The notes under the pieces: generated by a model
Databases searched by the model: none
What the model saw: only the letters and a program-made list of their open reading frames with translations
What the model was told of the DNA's origin: nothing
Part shown: positions 35,016 through 43,290 of the stretch, piece by piece
How the letters are laid out: each line of letters begins with the position of its first letter
How positions within the stretch are numbered: position 1 is the stretch's first letter
Position numbers and translations under genes: made by a program
Assembly (NCBI GenBank): GCA_035641315.1
Contig: DASQUK010000048.1
Span: forward strand, 1,270 to 65,269
Source of the DNA: Acidimicrobiales bacterium
Lineage (GTDB): Bacteria > Actinomycetota > Acidimicrobiia > Acidimicrobiales > VFJN01
Direction of reading: 5' to 3'
Length of the DNA: 64,000 nucleotides

Positions 35016-35678
35016 GTGGAGAACACAATTGCGGGCCCGCCGCGCGACGTGGCGGATCGCATCGCACGGCAGACGTTGTCCAAGCGCGGTGCCGACTACG
35101 CGTCCGAGGTGCGACGGCTCCTGGACGCGGCGCTGGCCGTCATGCGGCGCTGCGGCACCACGTCGCACCCCCGCGTCGCGGACATCGTGGCCGAGGCCGG
35201 CCTGTCCAACGACGCCTTCTACCGCCACTTCCCGTCCAAGGACGCGCTGGTGGCCGCGCTCCTCGAGGACGGCGCCGAGCGCCTCACGAGCTACTTGGAC
35301 CACCAGATGGCCAAGGAGAATACGCCGGAGGGCAAGGTCCGGCGTTGGGTTGAAGGCGTGCTGTCGCAGGCCGAAGGGGACATCGCCGCCACAACCCTCG
35401 CCGTGCTGTGGAACGGCGGCGGCGTCAGCGAGGGGCCCGGATCGGGCCGCCACCCGGCCAGCGCACCCTTGGCGCAGCTGCTCATCGAGCCGCTGGGGGC
35501 GCTGGGCAGCGTCGATCCCGCCCTCGATGCGTCGCTCGCGGCGCACGCCGCTCTTGGCAAGCTGTCGGACTACCTGTGGGAACGAGCCCAGCCGACCCCC
35601 GCCGAGGTCGAGCACATCACGGAGTTCTGCCTCACCGTTGTGAACAGGCGGAAGCCGACGTCACGACGGAAGACGTGA
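35016..35678 (+). CDS. TetR family transcriptional regulator
   Basis: Last 220 aa of ORF 34785..35678. HTH is VADIVAEAGLSNDAFYRHFPSKDALV. Start GTG 35016 looks leaderless. GTG 35049 is an alternative. Confidence 0.82.
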   Translation: MENTIAGPPRDVADRIARQTLSKRGADYASEVRRLLDAALAVMRRCGTTSHPRVADIVAEAGLSNDAFYRHFPSKDALVAALLEDGAERLTSYLDHQMAKENTPEGKVRRWVEGVLSQAEGDIAATTLAVLWNGGGVSEGPGSGRHPASAPLAQLLIEPLGALGSVDPALDASLAAHAALGKLSDYLWERAQPTPAEVEHITEFCLTVVNRRKPTSRRKT

Positions 35679-35716
35679 CATCGGCCCGCACGGCCACGAC
35701 CAGTTCGCAGGGGGCG

Positions 35717-36733
35717 CTACCCGAGCGTGGGGATCACCTGGGGGAGGTCGAGCGTCGTGCGGATCCCCGGGGCCGCGGCGCAGACGACCGGGACGGCGTT
35801 GACGGCCCGGTTCGCCGTGTAGGCCGGGGTCGTGGCCGCCATCCGCTCCGGGGGTATCGGGAAGCGCATGTCGATGTCGAGTGGCGCGTCGCCGTCGACC
35901 GTGACCCGCCAGCCGGTGGGCAGGAGGTCCCACGCGGGATCGAGGTCGGTGGAGCAGTACCAGATGGCCCGGAAGCGCAGCAGCGGCCGGCCGCCTCGCC
36001 TGCCCGCCACCGTCAGCCGCTGCGCGGCGACGCTGCCGGCCTCCAGCTTGCCGGCGGCGATCTCGACCGTGTGGCGGGCCACGGCGACCTCCCCGCTCGC
36101 GTCCAAGGCGTCGAGCGGGAGCGAGAGCGCCTCTGCGAGCAGTTGCAGGGACGGGCCGTGCGCGACCCGGAGGTGGGACAGCCGCCGCTCGTCGAAGGCG
36201 GTGGGCGGCTTCCCGAAGCCCATTACGTTGAACAACAGGTCGGGGGAGTTGCGCCGGGCGAGGTCGGCGAACTCGTCGATCGTCAGGCAGTCGAGCCGCC
36301 GCTGGATCGACGCCAGCACCAGTGGGAGGGCCTCGGAGATGAACCCGGGGCTGCTGCCCGTGCTGTGGATCGACGTCCGGCCCCGGGCGCACGCCGCCTC
36401 GACTCGCTCGCGCGCCGCGGGGTCGAGGCTCTCGGCGCGGTGGAACTCGCCCCGGGTGGTCACGATGTTCGCGCCCGACTCCAGCAGCCGGCACACCTCG
36501 TCGAAGTCGCACTTGGCCGGCATGTAGAGCACGCAGTCGGCCCCGAGGCCGACGATCTCCTCGATGTCGTCGGTGGCCACGACGCCGACTGGGTCGAGCC
36601 CGCACAGCTCGCCGGCGTCGCGCCCGGCCTTGGCGGGCGAGTAGACGTACGCGCCGGCGAGGTCGTAGCGAGGGTGCTCGACGACGGCCCGCAGCGCGTA
36701 GGTGCCGATGTTCCCGGTGGCCCACTGGACCAC
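35717..36733 (-). CDS. DapB-like NAD(P)-binding protein (NAD(P)H-dependent amine dehydrogenase family)
   Basis: The homologous region starts at VVQWATGNIGTYALRAVVEHP within ORF 35717..37063. Start is tentatively GTG 36733, with no good SD. CTG 36787 overlaps the upstream stop. The 110-aa upstream extension is Arg-rich shadow sequence. Confidence 0.7.
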   Translation of the reverse strand: MVQWATGNIGTYALRAVVEHPRYDLAGAYVYSPAKAGRDAGELCGLDPVGVVATDDIEEIVGLGADCVLYMPAKCDFDEVCRLLESGANIVTTRGEFHRAESLDPAARERVEAACARGRTSIHSTGSSPGFISEALPLVLASIQRRLDCLTIDEFADLARRNSPDLLFNVMGFGKPPTAFDERRLSHLRVAHGPSLQLLAEALSLPLDALDASGEVAVARHTVEIAAGKLEAGSVAAQRLTVAGRRGGRPLLRFRAIWYCSTDLDPAWDLLPTGWRVTVDGDAPLDIDMRFPIPPERMAATTPAYTANRAVNAVPVVCAAAPGIRTTLDLPQVIPTLG

Positions 36734-36783
36734 CCGGTAGCGCGGTGCGTCGCTCGCCGTCCCGTCGGCGCCGCTCGGGAGGC

Positions 36784-36999
36784 TCAGGGGATGACCAGTG
36801 GCCGGGGCTCGAAGAAGTCGACGATCTCGGCCAGGGGCACGAACTGGTCGGCGCCGGCGACGAACAGCCACACGTCGTCCGAGCCACCGGGGGCCACCGA
36901 CACCAACCACGCGGCGTCGACCCGGCGGCCGTGCGACAGCGCCAGGGTGACCTCGCGACCTTCCAGTGCCCGCAACTCCTCGAGTCGTGTCGTGCTCAT
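36784..36999 (-). CDS. hypothetical 71-aa protein (beta-rich, possibly small-barrel fold)
   Basis: ATG start with GAAGG 7-8 nt upstream. By hand count about 90% of third positions are G/C, and composition is non-repetitive (MSTTRLEELRALEGREVTLALSHGRRVDAAWLVSVAPGGSDDVWLFVAGADQFVPLAEIVDFFE...). Confidence 0.6.
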   Translation of the reverse strand: MSTTRLEELRALEGREVTLALSHGRRVDAAWLVSVAPGGSDDVWLFVAGADQFVPLAEIVDFFEPRPLVIP

Positions 37000-37022
37000 T
37001 GGCGTACCTTCGGCACGCCAAT
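36998..37022 (-). promoter_or_regulatory. hairpin sequestering SD and start codon of the 71-aa ORF
   Basis: On the mRNA strand ATTGGCGT-gccgaaggt-ACGCCAAT forms an 8-bp stem. The GAAGG SD sits in the loop, and the 3' arm ends in the AT of the ATG. A second stem-loop, ATCGCCG-cgaag-CGGCGAT flanked by AGCAC/GTGCT, lies just upstream at 37025-37060. Confidence 0.45.
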
Positions 37023-37160
37023 AAGCACATCGCCGCTTCGCGGCGATAGGGCACTGTGCTCATGGTTCGCTCGCACTTCGTGCTCGCTCACAGCGTCACC
37101 CCCCGGGGCCCCTTCCCAAGGAGAACCGTACTCTCCGATACAGAGACGAACAATACCGAA

Positions 37161-38084
37161 TCAGGGAGTCGAGGCCTCGCCCTCCGCGAGCGACGCCTTG
37201 TAGAGGACGTTCTCTGCCAGCCGCATGTGCGCGGCGTCTACGAGCCTGCCGTCGCGCCCGATCGCCCCCACGCCGCTGGCCTCGGCGCTCCGGTACGCCT
37301 CGATGGCGGCCCGCGCATCCCGCACCTCCTCGGGCGTGGGGGAGAACACCTCGTTGGCGATGGCGATCTGGTCGGGGTGGATCGCCCACTTGCCGTCGAA
37401 GCCGAGCAGGCTGGCGTGGACGGCGCTGCGCCGGTAGCCGTCCGGGTCGCGGTAGGCGGGGTAGGGGGCGTCGATGGCGTCGACGCCCGCGATCCGGGCG
37501 GCGGTGACGACCTGGGCGCGGGCGAAGTGCCAGAAGTCCCCCGGGTACTCGGTCACCGGGCCGAAGTTGCCGTCGACCCGGGCCCGCAGCGACGCGGACA
37601 GGTCGCCGGCGCCGAAGATCAACGCCTCGAGGCGCTCGCTCGCCCGGGCGATCTCCACGGCGTTGGCCAGGCCCTCGGCGTCCTCGATCAGCACCTCGAG
37701 CGCGATCCGCCGCTCGAGCCCGAGCCTCGCTTCCAACTGGGTGAGGAGGACGTCGTACCACCAGACGTCGCGGGCCGAGCGCGCCTTCGGCACGATGAGC
37801 ACGTCCAGCGCCTCGCGGGCGCCGGTGACCATCTCGATCACGTCGCCGTGGCACCAGGGCGTCTCCAGGCCGTTCACGCGGACGGCGCGGACCGTCCGGC
37901 CCCAGTCCAGCTCGGTGAGCGCGGACACGGCCGTGGCCCGGGCGCCCTCCTTGGCGACGGGCGCGCACGCGTCCTCGAGATCGAGAAACACGAGGTCGGC
38001 CCCCGATCTCGCCGCCTTCTCGCACATGCGCTCGCTGCTGGCCGGGCTCGCCAGCTCCGATCGCCGGGCCCGCGGTGCGTACAT
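37161..38084 (-). CDS. HpcH/HpaI aldolase / citrate lyase beta subunit (CitE)-like acyl-CoA lyase
   Basis: ATG 38084 lies within ORF 37161..38180. Motifs DLVFLDLEDA, ALIFGAGDLSASL, DGKWAIHPDQI are typical of CitE/malyl-CoA/citramalyl-CoA lyase relatives. Confidence 0.88.
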   Translation of the reverse strand: MYAPRARRSELASPASSERMCEKAARSGADLVFLDLEDACAPVAKEGARATAVSALTELDWGRTVRAVRVNGLETPWCHGDVIEMVTGAREALDVLIVPKARSARDVWWYDVLLTQLEARLGLERRIALEVLIEDAEGLANAVEIARASERLEALIFGAGDLSASLRARVDGNFGPVTEYPGDFWHFARAQVVTAARIAGVDAIDAPYPAYRDPDGYRRSAVHASLLGFDGKWAIHPDQIAIANEVFSPTPEEVRDARAAIEAYRSAEASGVGAIGRDGRLVDAAHMRLAENVLYKASLAEGEASTP

Positions 38085-38085
38085 G

Positions 38086-39297
38086 TCAGATGATGCCCGC
38101 GGCCCGCAGGGCGGCGATGCGGTCCGGGTCGACGCCGAGCAGGCCGCCGAAGACGGCGTCGTTGTCGGCGCCGAGCGCACGCCCGAGGTGCTCGACCCGG
38201 CCCGGCGTGTCGGTCAGGACCGCGACCGGCGCCTGCACGGTCGTCGGCCCCAGGTCGGGATCGTCGACGGTGACGAAGGTGCCCCGGGCGCGCAGGTGCT
38301 CGTCCTCGACGAGCTGCTGCGCGTCGTAGACGGGCGCCGCCGCCACCTCCGCCGCCTCGAAGACCCGCATGGCCTCGTCGAGCGTGCGCTCGCCGACCCA
38401 CTTGGCGACGAGCGTGTCGAGCTCGACGGCGCGGTCCCGGCGGCGGACCGGGTCCACGTAGGCGGGGTCGTCGGCCAGGTCGGGCCGGTCGATCGCCCGG
38501 AACAGGCGCACCGCGATACTCGGCGACGCGCTGGAGATCGCCAGCCAGTGGTCGTCGGCGGTGCGGTAAGCGTTGCGGGGCGCGCTGGCGTCGAGGCGGT
38601 TGCCCGCCCGTTGCGTGATGACGCCGAGCTGGTCGAAGGCGAGCGTCTGCGTCTCGATCAGGCGGGCCAGGGGCTCGATCAGGTTGACGTCGACGAGCTG
38701 CCCGCCGCCGCCGTGGACGTCGCGGTGGTAGAGGGCCATGATCACCGCGTAGGTAGCGGCGAGGGCGGCGACCCCGTCGGCCAACATGAACGGCGGCAGT
38801 GTGGGCGGCCCGTCGGGCTGTCCGGTCACGTGGGCGAACCCGCTCATCGCCTCGGCCAGCGTCCCGTAGCCGGGCCGGTCGCTCTTGGGCCCGCCCCGGC
38901 CGTAGCCGCTGACGTGGAGCATCACGATGCGGGGATGGGCCCCGTGGACCGACTCGTAGTCGACGCCCCATCGCGCCAGGGCGCTCGGGCGGTTGGCGAC
39001 GATGAAGACGTCGCTGACGTCGAGCAGCCGGTGGAGCAGCTCCTGCCCCTCCGGCTGGCGGAGGTCGAGCGTGACGCAGCGCTTGTTGCGGCTCACGCTC
39101 TTCCAGGCGAGGCCGATGCCGTCGCGGCGGTCGCCCCACGTGCGCATCGGATCGCCGGAGCCCGGCTGCTCCACCTTGACGACCTCGGCGCCGAACTCGC
39201 CGAGGGTGGTCGCCACCATCGGCCCGGCGGCGAGCGTCGCCGCCTCCACGACGCGCAGCCCGTGCAGCGGGCCCCGACCGTCAGGCACGTCAGCCAC
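38086..39297 (-). CDS. family III CoA-transferase (CaiB/BaiF)
   Basis: GTG 39297 lies within ORF 38086..39432. Motifs LRVVEAATLAAGPMVATTLGEFGAEVVKVE and the family-typical body. It is 1 nt from the CitE-like start and overlaps the upstream gene by 8 nt. Confidence 0.88.
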   Translation of the reverse strand: MADVPDGRGPLHGLRVVEAATLAAGPMVATTLGEFGAEVVKVEQPGSGDPMRTWGDRRDGIGLAWKSVSRNKRCVTLDLRQPEGQELLHRLLDVSDVFIVANRPSALARWGVDYESVHGAHPRIVMLHVSGYGRGGPKSDRPGYGTLAEAMSGFAHVTGQPDGPPTLPPFMLADGVAALAATYAVIMALYHRDVHGGGGQLVDVNLIEPLARLIETQTLAFDQLGVITQRAGNRLDASAPRNAYRTADDHWLAISSASPSIAVRLFRAIDRPDLADDPAYVDPVRRRDRAVELDTLVAKWVGERTLDEAMRVFEAAEVAAAPVYDAQQLVEDEHLRARGTFVTVDDPDLGPTTVQAPVAVLTDTPGRVEHLGRALGADNDAVFGGLLGVDPDRIAALRAAGII

Positions 39298-40645
39298 CGC
39301 GCGAGGCCGCGGGCCGGTCGAGGCCGAGGTGGTCGCGCAACGTCTGGCCCGTGTACCGGTCGCGGAACACCCCGCGGCGCTGCAGCTCGGGGACCACCAG
39401 CCGGACGACGTCCTCGTAGGCGCCGGGCACATGCGTGGCGGCGATCACGAAGCCGTCGCAGGCGTCGCCGTCGAACCACTCCTCCATCTGGTCGGCGACC
39501 TCGGGGCCTGTGCCCACGAAGCGGGGGCCCTGGAGGAGCGTGGCCCGATGGCCGGCGAGGTCGGCCAGGGTGACCGTGTCGCCGATGTGCTGGCGGAGGT
39601 TCTGGACCAGCCCCCGGATGCCCGACACCGACTCGATGAGCTCGTCGGTGATGGGGGCGTCGAGCTCGAGGCCGGAGAAGTCGTAGTTCATCAGCTCGGA
39701 CAGCAGCGTCAACGACGCCTTCGGGTCGACGAGCTCGTCGAGGAAGAGCTGCTCGCGCTCCTCCGCGTGCGCCCGCGACTCGCCGATCACGGTGTAGGCC
39801 ATGGGCAGCATCTTGACCTGCGCAGGATCGCGGCCGCGCTCGGCGATGCGCTCCTTCTGGTCCTTGTAGTGCGACCGGGCGACGTCGATGTTGGGGTCGC
39901 CGGTGAAGATGAGCTCGGCCCAGCGGGCCGCGAAGTCCCGGCCCCGGCCCGACGAGCCCGCCTGAAGCAGGACCGGCCTGCCCTGCGGCGATCGGGGGAC
40001 TGTGAGCGGGCCGCGGACGCGGAACCAGTCGCCTGCGTGGTTGAGCTCGTGCACCTTGTCGGGGTCGGCGAAGACGCCACTGGCCCGGTCGAGCACGAGG
40101 GCGTCGTCCTCCCACGTGTCCCACAGTCCCGTCGTGGCATCGAGGAACTCGTCGGCGCGGTCGTAGCGCGCCTCGTGATCGAGGTGGTGCTCGACCCCGT
40201 AGTTCTGGGCCTCGCCATCGTTCACGGACGTGACGACGTTCCAGGCCGCACGACCCCCCGACAGGTGGTCGAGGGTGGCGAACGTGCGGGCGACGTGGAA
40301 CGGCGTGTAGTAGGTCGTCGAGTAGGTCGCCCCCAGGCCGATGTGGCGGGTGGCAGCGGCGACGACCCCGAGCACGATGCTCAGGTCGAGCTTCACCGGG
40401 CGAGCGCCCAGCCGCACGGCGTCGGCTACCGACCCGGCGTAGATGCCGGGCATGGCCAGGCGGTCGTCGAAGAACATCATGTCGAAGCACCCGTCTTCGA
40501 GGGTGCGGCCGAGCTTCTGGTAGAAGCCCGGCGTGAGGAAGCCGTGCTCCGTCGCCGGATGGCGCCACGACCCGGCGTAGACGGTGACGTTGCCGGCCTG
40601 CATGAAGCCCACCAGGGACATCTGCCGACGCGTCACGAGGCTCAC
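39290..40645 (-). CDS. FMNH2-dependent LLM monooxygenase (NtaA/SnaA/DszA family)
   Basis: Within ORF 39290..41527: RRQMSLVGFMQAGNVTVYAGSWRHP, GRAAWNVVTS, GRPVLLQAGSSGRGRDFAARWAE. Start is GTG 40645 (GTGA overlap with the upstream stop) or ATG 40621. Confidence 0.88.
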   Translation of the reverse strand: MSLVTRRQMSLVGFMQAGNVTVYAGSWRHPATEHGFLTPGFYQKLGRTLEDGCFDMMFFDDRLAMPGIYAGSVADAVRLGARPVKLDLSIVLGVVAAATRHIGLGATYSTTYYTPFHVARTFATLDHLSGGRAAWNVVTSVNDGEAQNYGVEHHLDHEARYDRADEFLDATTGLWDTWEDDALVLDRASGVFADPDKVHELNHAGDWFRVRGPLTVPRSPQGRPVLLQAGSSGRGRDFAARWAELIFTGDPNIDVARSHYKDQKERIAERGRDPAQVKMLPMAYTVIGESRAHAEEREQLFLDELVDPKASLTLLSELMNYDFSGLELDAPITDELIESVSGIRGLVQNLRQHIGDTVTLADLAGHRATLLQGPRFVGTGPEVADQMEEWFDGDACDGFVIAATHVPGAYEDVVRLVVPELQRRGVFRDRYTGQTLRDHLGLDRPAASRGG

Positions 40646-41964
40646 CGTCCCGCCGCGGCGACGGCATGGCGGGCGCGTCGCCGGAAGCCCTCGAGCTTCT
40701 CGTCGGGCGTGCGCACCCGCGTGCTGCGGGACACGGTCGACACGTCGTGCCCGGCGGCACGCCGCCGGAGGGCGCCGACCGTCGCCTCCTCCTTCGGCAC
40801 GTGGGCGAAGGGGTCGAACGAGTACCACCGCATGGCGTTCTCGTGGGTGATCCTGCGGACCTCGTCGTCCGGCGCGGCGTTCGCCGCGAACACGGCGTCC
40901 AGCTCCTCGGGTGCGGTCGGCCACATGGAGTCGCTGTGCGGGTAGTCGGCCTCCCAGGCGATGTTGTCGACGCCGATGCGCGCCCGTAGCTCGACCCCGA
41001 TCGGATCGCTGATGAAGCAGGTGAGGAAGTGCTGGCGGAACACCTCGCTCGGCAGCCGCCCGCCGAAGTCCTGCAGCGTCCAGGCGTGGTGCATCTCGAA
41101 CGTCCGGTCGATGCGGTCGAGGAAGTAGGGAATCCACCCGGTTCCGCCCTCGGACAGTGCCACGCGCAGGTCGGGGTAGGTCTTGAGCACCCGTGACCAC
41201 AGCAGGTCGGCCGCCGCGGACTGGATGTTCATCGGCTGCAGCGTGATCATCACGTCCGGGGGCGAGTCGACCGCCGGGATCGTCAGCCGGCCGGACGAGC
41301 CGAGGTGGATCGACAGCACCGTGCCGGTGTCGCAGCACGCCCCCCACACCGGGTCCCAGTACTCGTCGTGGAAGCTCGGATAGCCGAGGGCGGCGGGGTT
41401 CTCGGTGAAGCTCAGCGAGTGGCAGCCCTTCGGCGCGACCCGGCGCACCTCGGCTGCCGTCAGCTCGGCGTCCCAGATCACCGGGACCGCCATGGGGATG
41501 AAGCGGCCCGGGTAGGCGCCGCACCACTCGTCGATGTGCCAGTCGTTGTAGGCGCGCACCAGCGCCAGCGACAGCTCGGGATCGTCGGACGCGAACACCC
41601 GCGCCGTGAACGTCGGGAACGACGGGAAGTTCATCGAGGCGAGCACCCCGCCCGCGTCCATGTCCTTCACCCGCTCGTGGACGTCGTAGCAGCCGGGCCG
41701 CACCTCGTCGAGGCTCTGCGGCTCCATGCCGTACTCCTCCTTGGGGCGGCCGGCGACGGCGTTGAGGGCGGCGGTCTCCATGGCCACGTCGCCGAACGTC
41801 CAGACGTCGTTGCCCTCCGGGGTGCGCACGAGCTTCGGGGCCCGGTCGAGGTACTTGGCGTCGAGGTGGTTGACGAACAGGTCGGGCGGCTCGATCAGGT
41901 GGTCGTCGACGCTGACGAGGATGAGGTCATCTGCTTCCACGACGGGCCCCTCCGAGAACCTCAT
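40642..41964 (-). CDS. amidohydrolase family protein (amidohydrolase_2/ACMSD-like), paralogue of 6188..7489
   Basis: 440-aa ORF with LVSVDDHLIEPPDLF, GGVLASMNFPSFP, WEADYPHSDSMWP. Colinear with 6188..7489 over the full length. Confidence 0.88.
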   Translation of the reverse strand: MRFSEGPVVEADDLILVSVDDHLIEPPDLFVNHLDAKYLDRAPKLVRTPEGNDVWTFGDVAMETAALNAVAGRPKEEYGMEPQSLDEVRPGCYDVHERVKDMDAGGVLASMNFPSFPTFTARVFASDDPELSLALVRAYNDWHIDEWCGAYPGRFIPMAVPVIWDAELTAAEVRRVAPKGCHSLSFTENPAALGYPSFHDEYWDPVWGACCDTGTVLSIHLGSSGRLTIPAVDSPPDVMITLQPMNIQSAAADLLWSRVLKTYPDLRVALSEGGTGWIPYFLDRIDRTFEMHHAWTLQDFGGRLPSEVFRQHFLTCFISDPIGVELRARIGVDNIAWEADYPHSDSMWPTAPEELDAVFAANAAPDDEVRRITHENAMRWYSFDPFAHVPKEEATVGALRRRAAGHDVSTVSRSTRVRTPDEKLEGFRRRARHAVAAAGR

Positions 41965-41971
41965 TTGCAGT

Positions 41972-41977
41972 ATTGTA
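41972..41977 (-). promoter_or_regulatory. candidate -10 TACAAT for a leaderless transcript of 40642..41964
   Basis: The minus strand reads TACAAT-actgcaa-ATG. The hexamer ends 7 nt before the start codon, and there is no SD on this strand. Confidence 0.4.
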
Positions 41978-42021
41978 GAAGGAGGTTAGCAGCCCTGTCA
42001 CGCAGGCCGAAGGAGCGCACC

Positions 42022-43281
42022 ATGGCCCGTCATCGCACCCCGCAGCCGCCCGTTCACGTCCGGAGCGCCCGCATGCTCGACGTGGACAAAGGCGAGCTGG
42101 TGGAGCCGGGGGAGCTGCTGATCGAGGGCCAGCGGATCGTCGCGGTGGCGCCGAGCGCGGTGCCGGAGGACGCGGTCGTGGTCCACCTCGGCGACCTGAC
42201 GTTGCTTCCGGGGTTGATGGACATGGAGGTGAACCTGCTGCTGGGCGGGCCCGACCACCGCAGCCCGCTGAACGCGGTCCAGGACGACCCGGCGGTGCGC
42301 ACGCTGCGGGCGGTGGCCAACGCGCGCCGGACCCTGCGGGCGGGGTTCACGACGGTGCGGAACCTGGGGCTGTTCGTCCAGACCGGCGGCCTGCTGCTCG
42401 ACGTAGCCCTGCGCAAGGCGATCGACCTCGGCTGGATCGAGGGGCCGCGGGTCGTCCCGGCGGGTCACGCGATCACGCCCACGGGCGGGCACCTCGACCC
42501 GACGATGTTCCAGGCGTTCGCCCCGCACGTCATGCCGCTGACGGTCGAGGAGGGCATCGCCGACGGCGTCAGCCAGGTGCGCCGCGCCGTGCGGTACCAG
42601 ATCAAGCACGGGGCGCAGCTGATCAAGGTGTGCGCGTCCGGCGGCGTGATGTCGCACACGGGCCCCGCCGGCGCTCAGCAGTACTCCGACGACGAGCTGC
42701 GCACGATCGCCGACGAGGCCCACCGGGCGGGGCTGAAGGTGGCGGCCCACGCCCACGGCGACGACGGCATCCGGGCGGCGATCGAAGCGGGCATCGACTG
42801 CATCGAGCACGGCTCGCTCATGAGCGATGCGACGCTCGACCTGATGATCGAGCGCGGCACGTTCCTGGTGCCGACCACCTACCTCGCAGACGGGATGGAC
42901 GTCTCGCACGCGGCGCCCGAGCTGCAGGCCAAGGCGGCGGAGGTGTTCCCACGCGCCAAGGAGACGATCCGCAAGGCGGTCGAGCGCGGGGCGCGCATCG
43001 CGTGCGGCACGGACGCGCCGGCCATCCCGCACGGTCAGAACGCCAAGGAGCTGCTCGCTCTCGTCGATCGCGGCATGACGCCGCTCCAGGCGATCCGGGC
43101 GGCGACCACCGTGTCGGCCGAGCTGATCGACGCCGACGACCGCGGCCGCCTCGAGCCCGGCCTCCTCGCCGACGTCATCGCCGTTCCTGGCGATCCCCTG
43201 GCGGACATCGGCGTGACCGAGGACGTCCGGTTCGTGATGAAGGGCGGCGAGGTGTACCGCAACGACTCGGGCGCCGCGTAG
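42022..43281 (+). CDS. metal-dependent amidohydrolase (imidazolonepropionase/prolidase-like, Amidohydro_1)
   Basis: Last 419 aa of ORF 41305..43281, with LLPGLMDMEVNL, VAAHAHG, CIEHGS, ACGTDAP. SD GAAGGAG precedes ATG 42022. Confidence 0.85.
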   Translation: MARHRTPQPPVHVRSARMLDVDKGELVEPGELLIEGQRIVAVAPSAVPEDAVVVHLGDLTLLPGLMDMEVNLLLGGPDHRSPLNAVQDDPAVRTLRAVANARRTLRAGFTTVRNLGLFVQTGGLLLDVALRKAIDLGWIEGPRVVPAGHAITPTGGHLDPTMFQAFAPHVMPLTVEEGIADGVSQVRRAVRYQIKHGAQLIKVCASGGVMSHTGPAGAQQYSDDELRTIADEAHRAGLKVAAHAHGDDGIRAAIEAGIDCIEHGSLMSDATLDLMIERGTFLVPTTYLADGMDVSHAAPELQAKAAEVFPRAKETIRKAVERGARIACGTDAPAIPHGQNAKELLALVDRGMTPLQAIRAATTVSAELIDADDRGRLEPGLLADVIAVPGDPLADIGVTEDVRFVMKGGEVYRNDSGAA

Positions 43282-43290
43282 GACCGCGGG

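Noticed and set aside
35717-37063. 448-aa version of the DapB-like protein starting at ATG 37063.
   Set aside because: The extra ~110 N-terminal residues are Arg-rich. They overlap the 71-aa ORF, which has the better codon signal, and lie in the structured leader. Family homology begins only at VVQWATGNIG.
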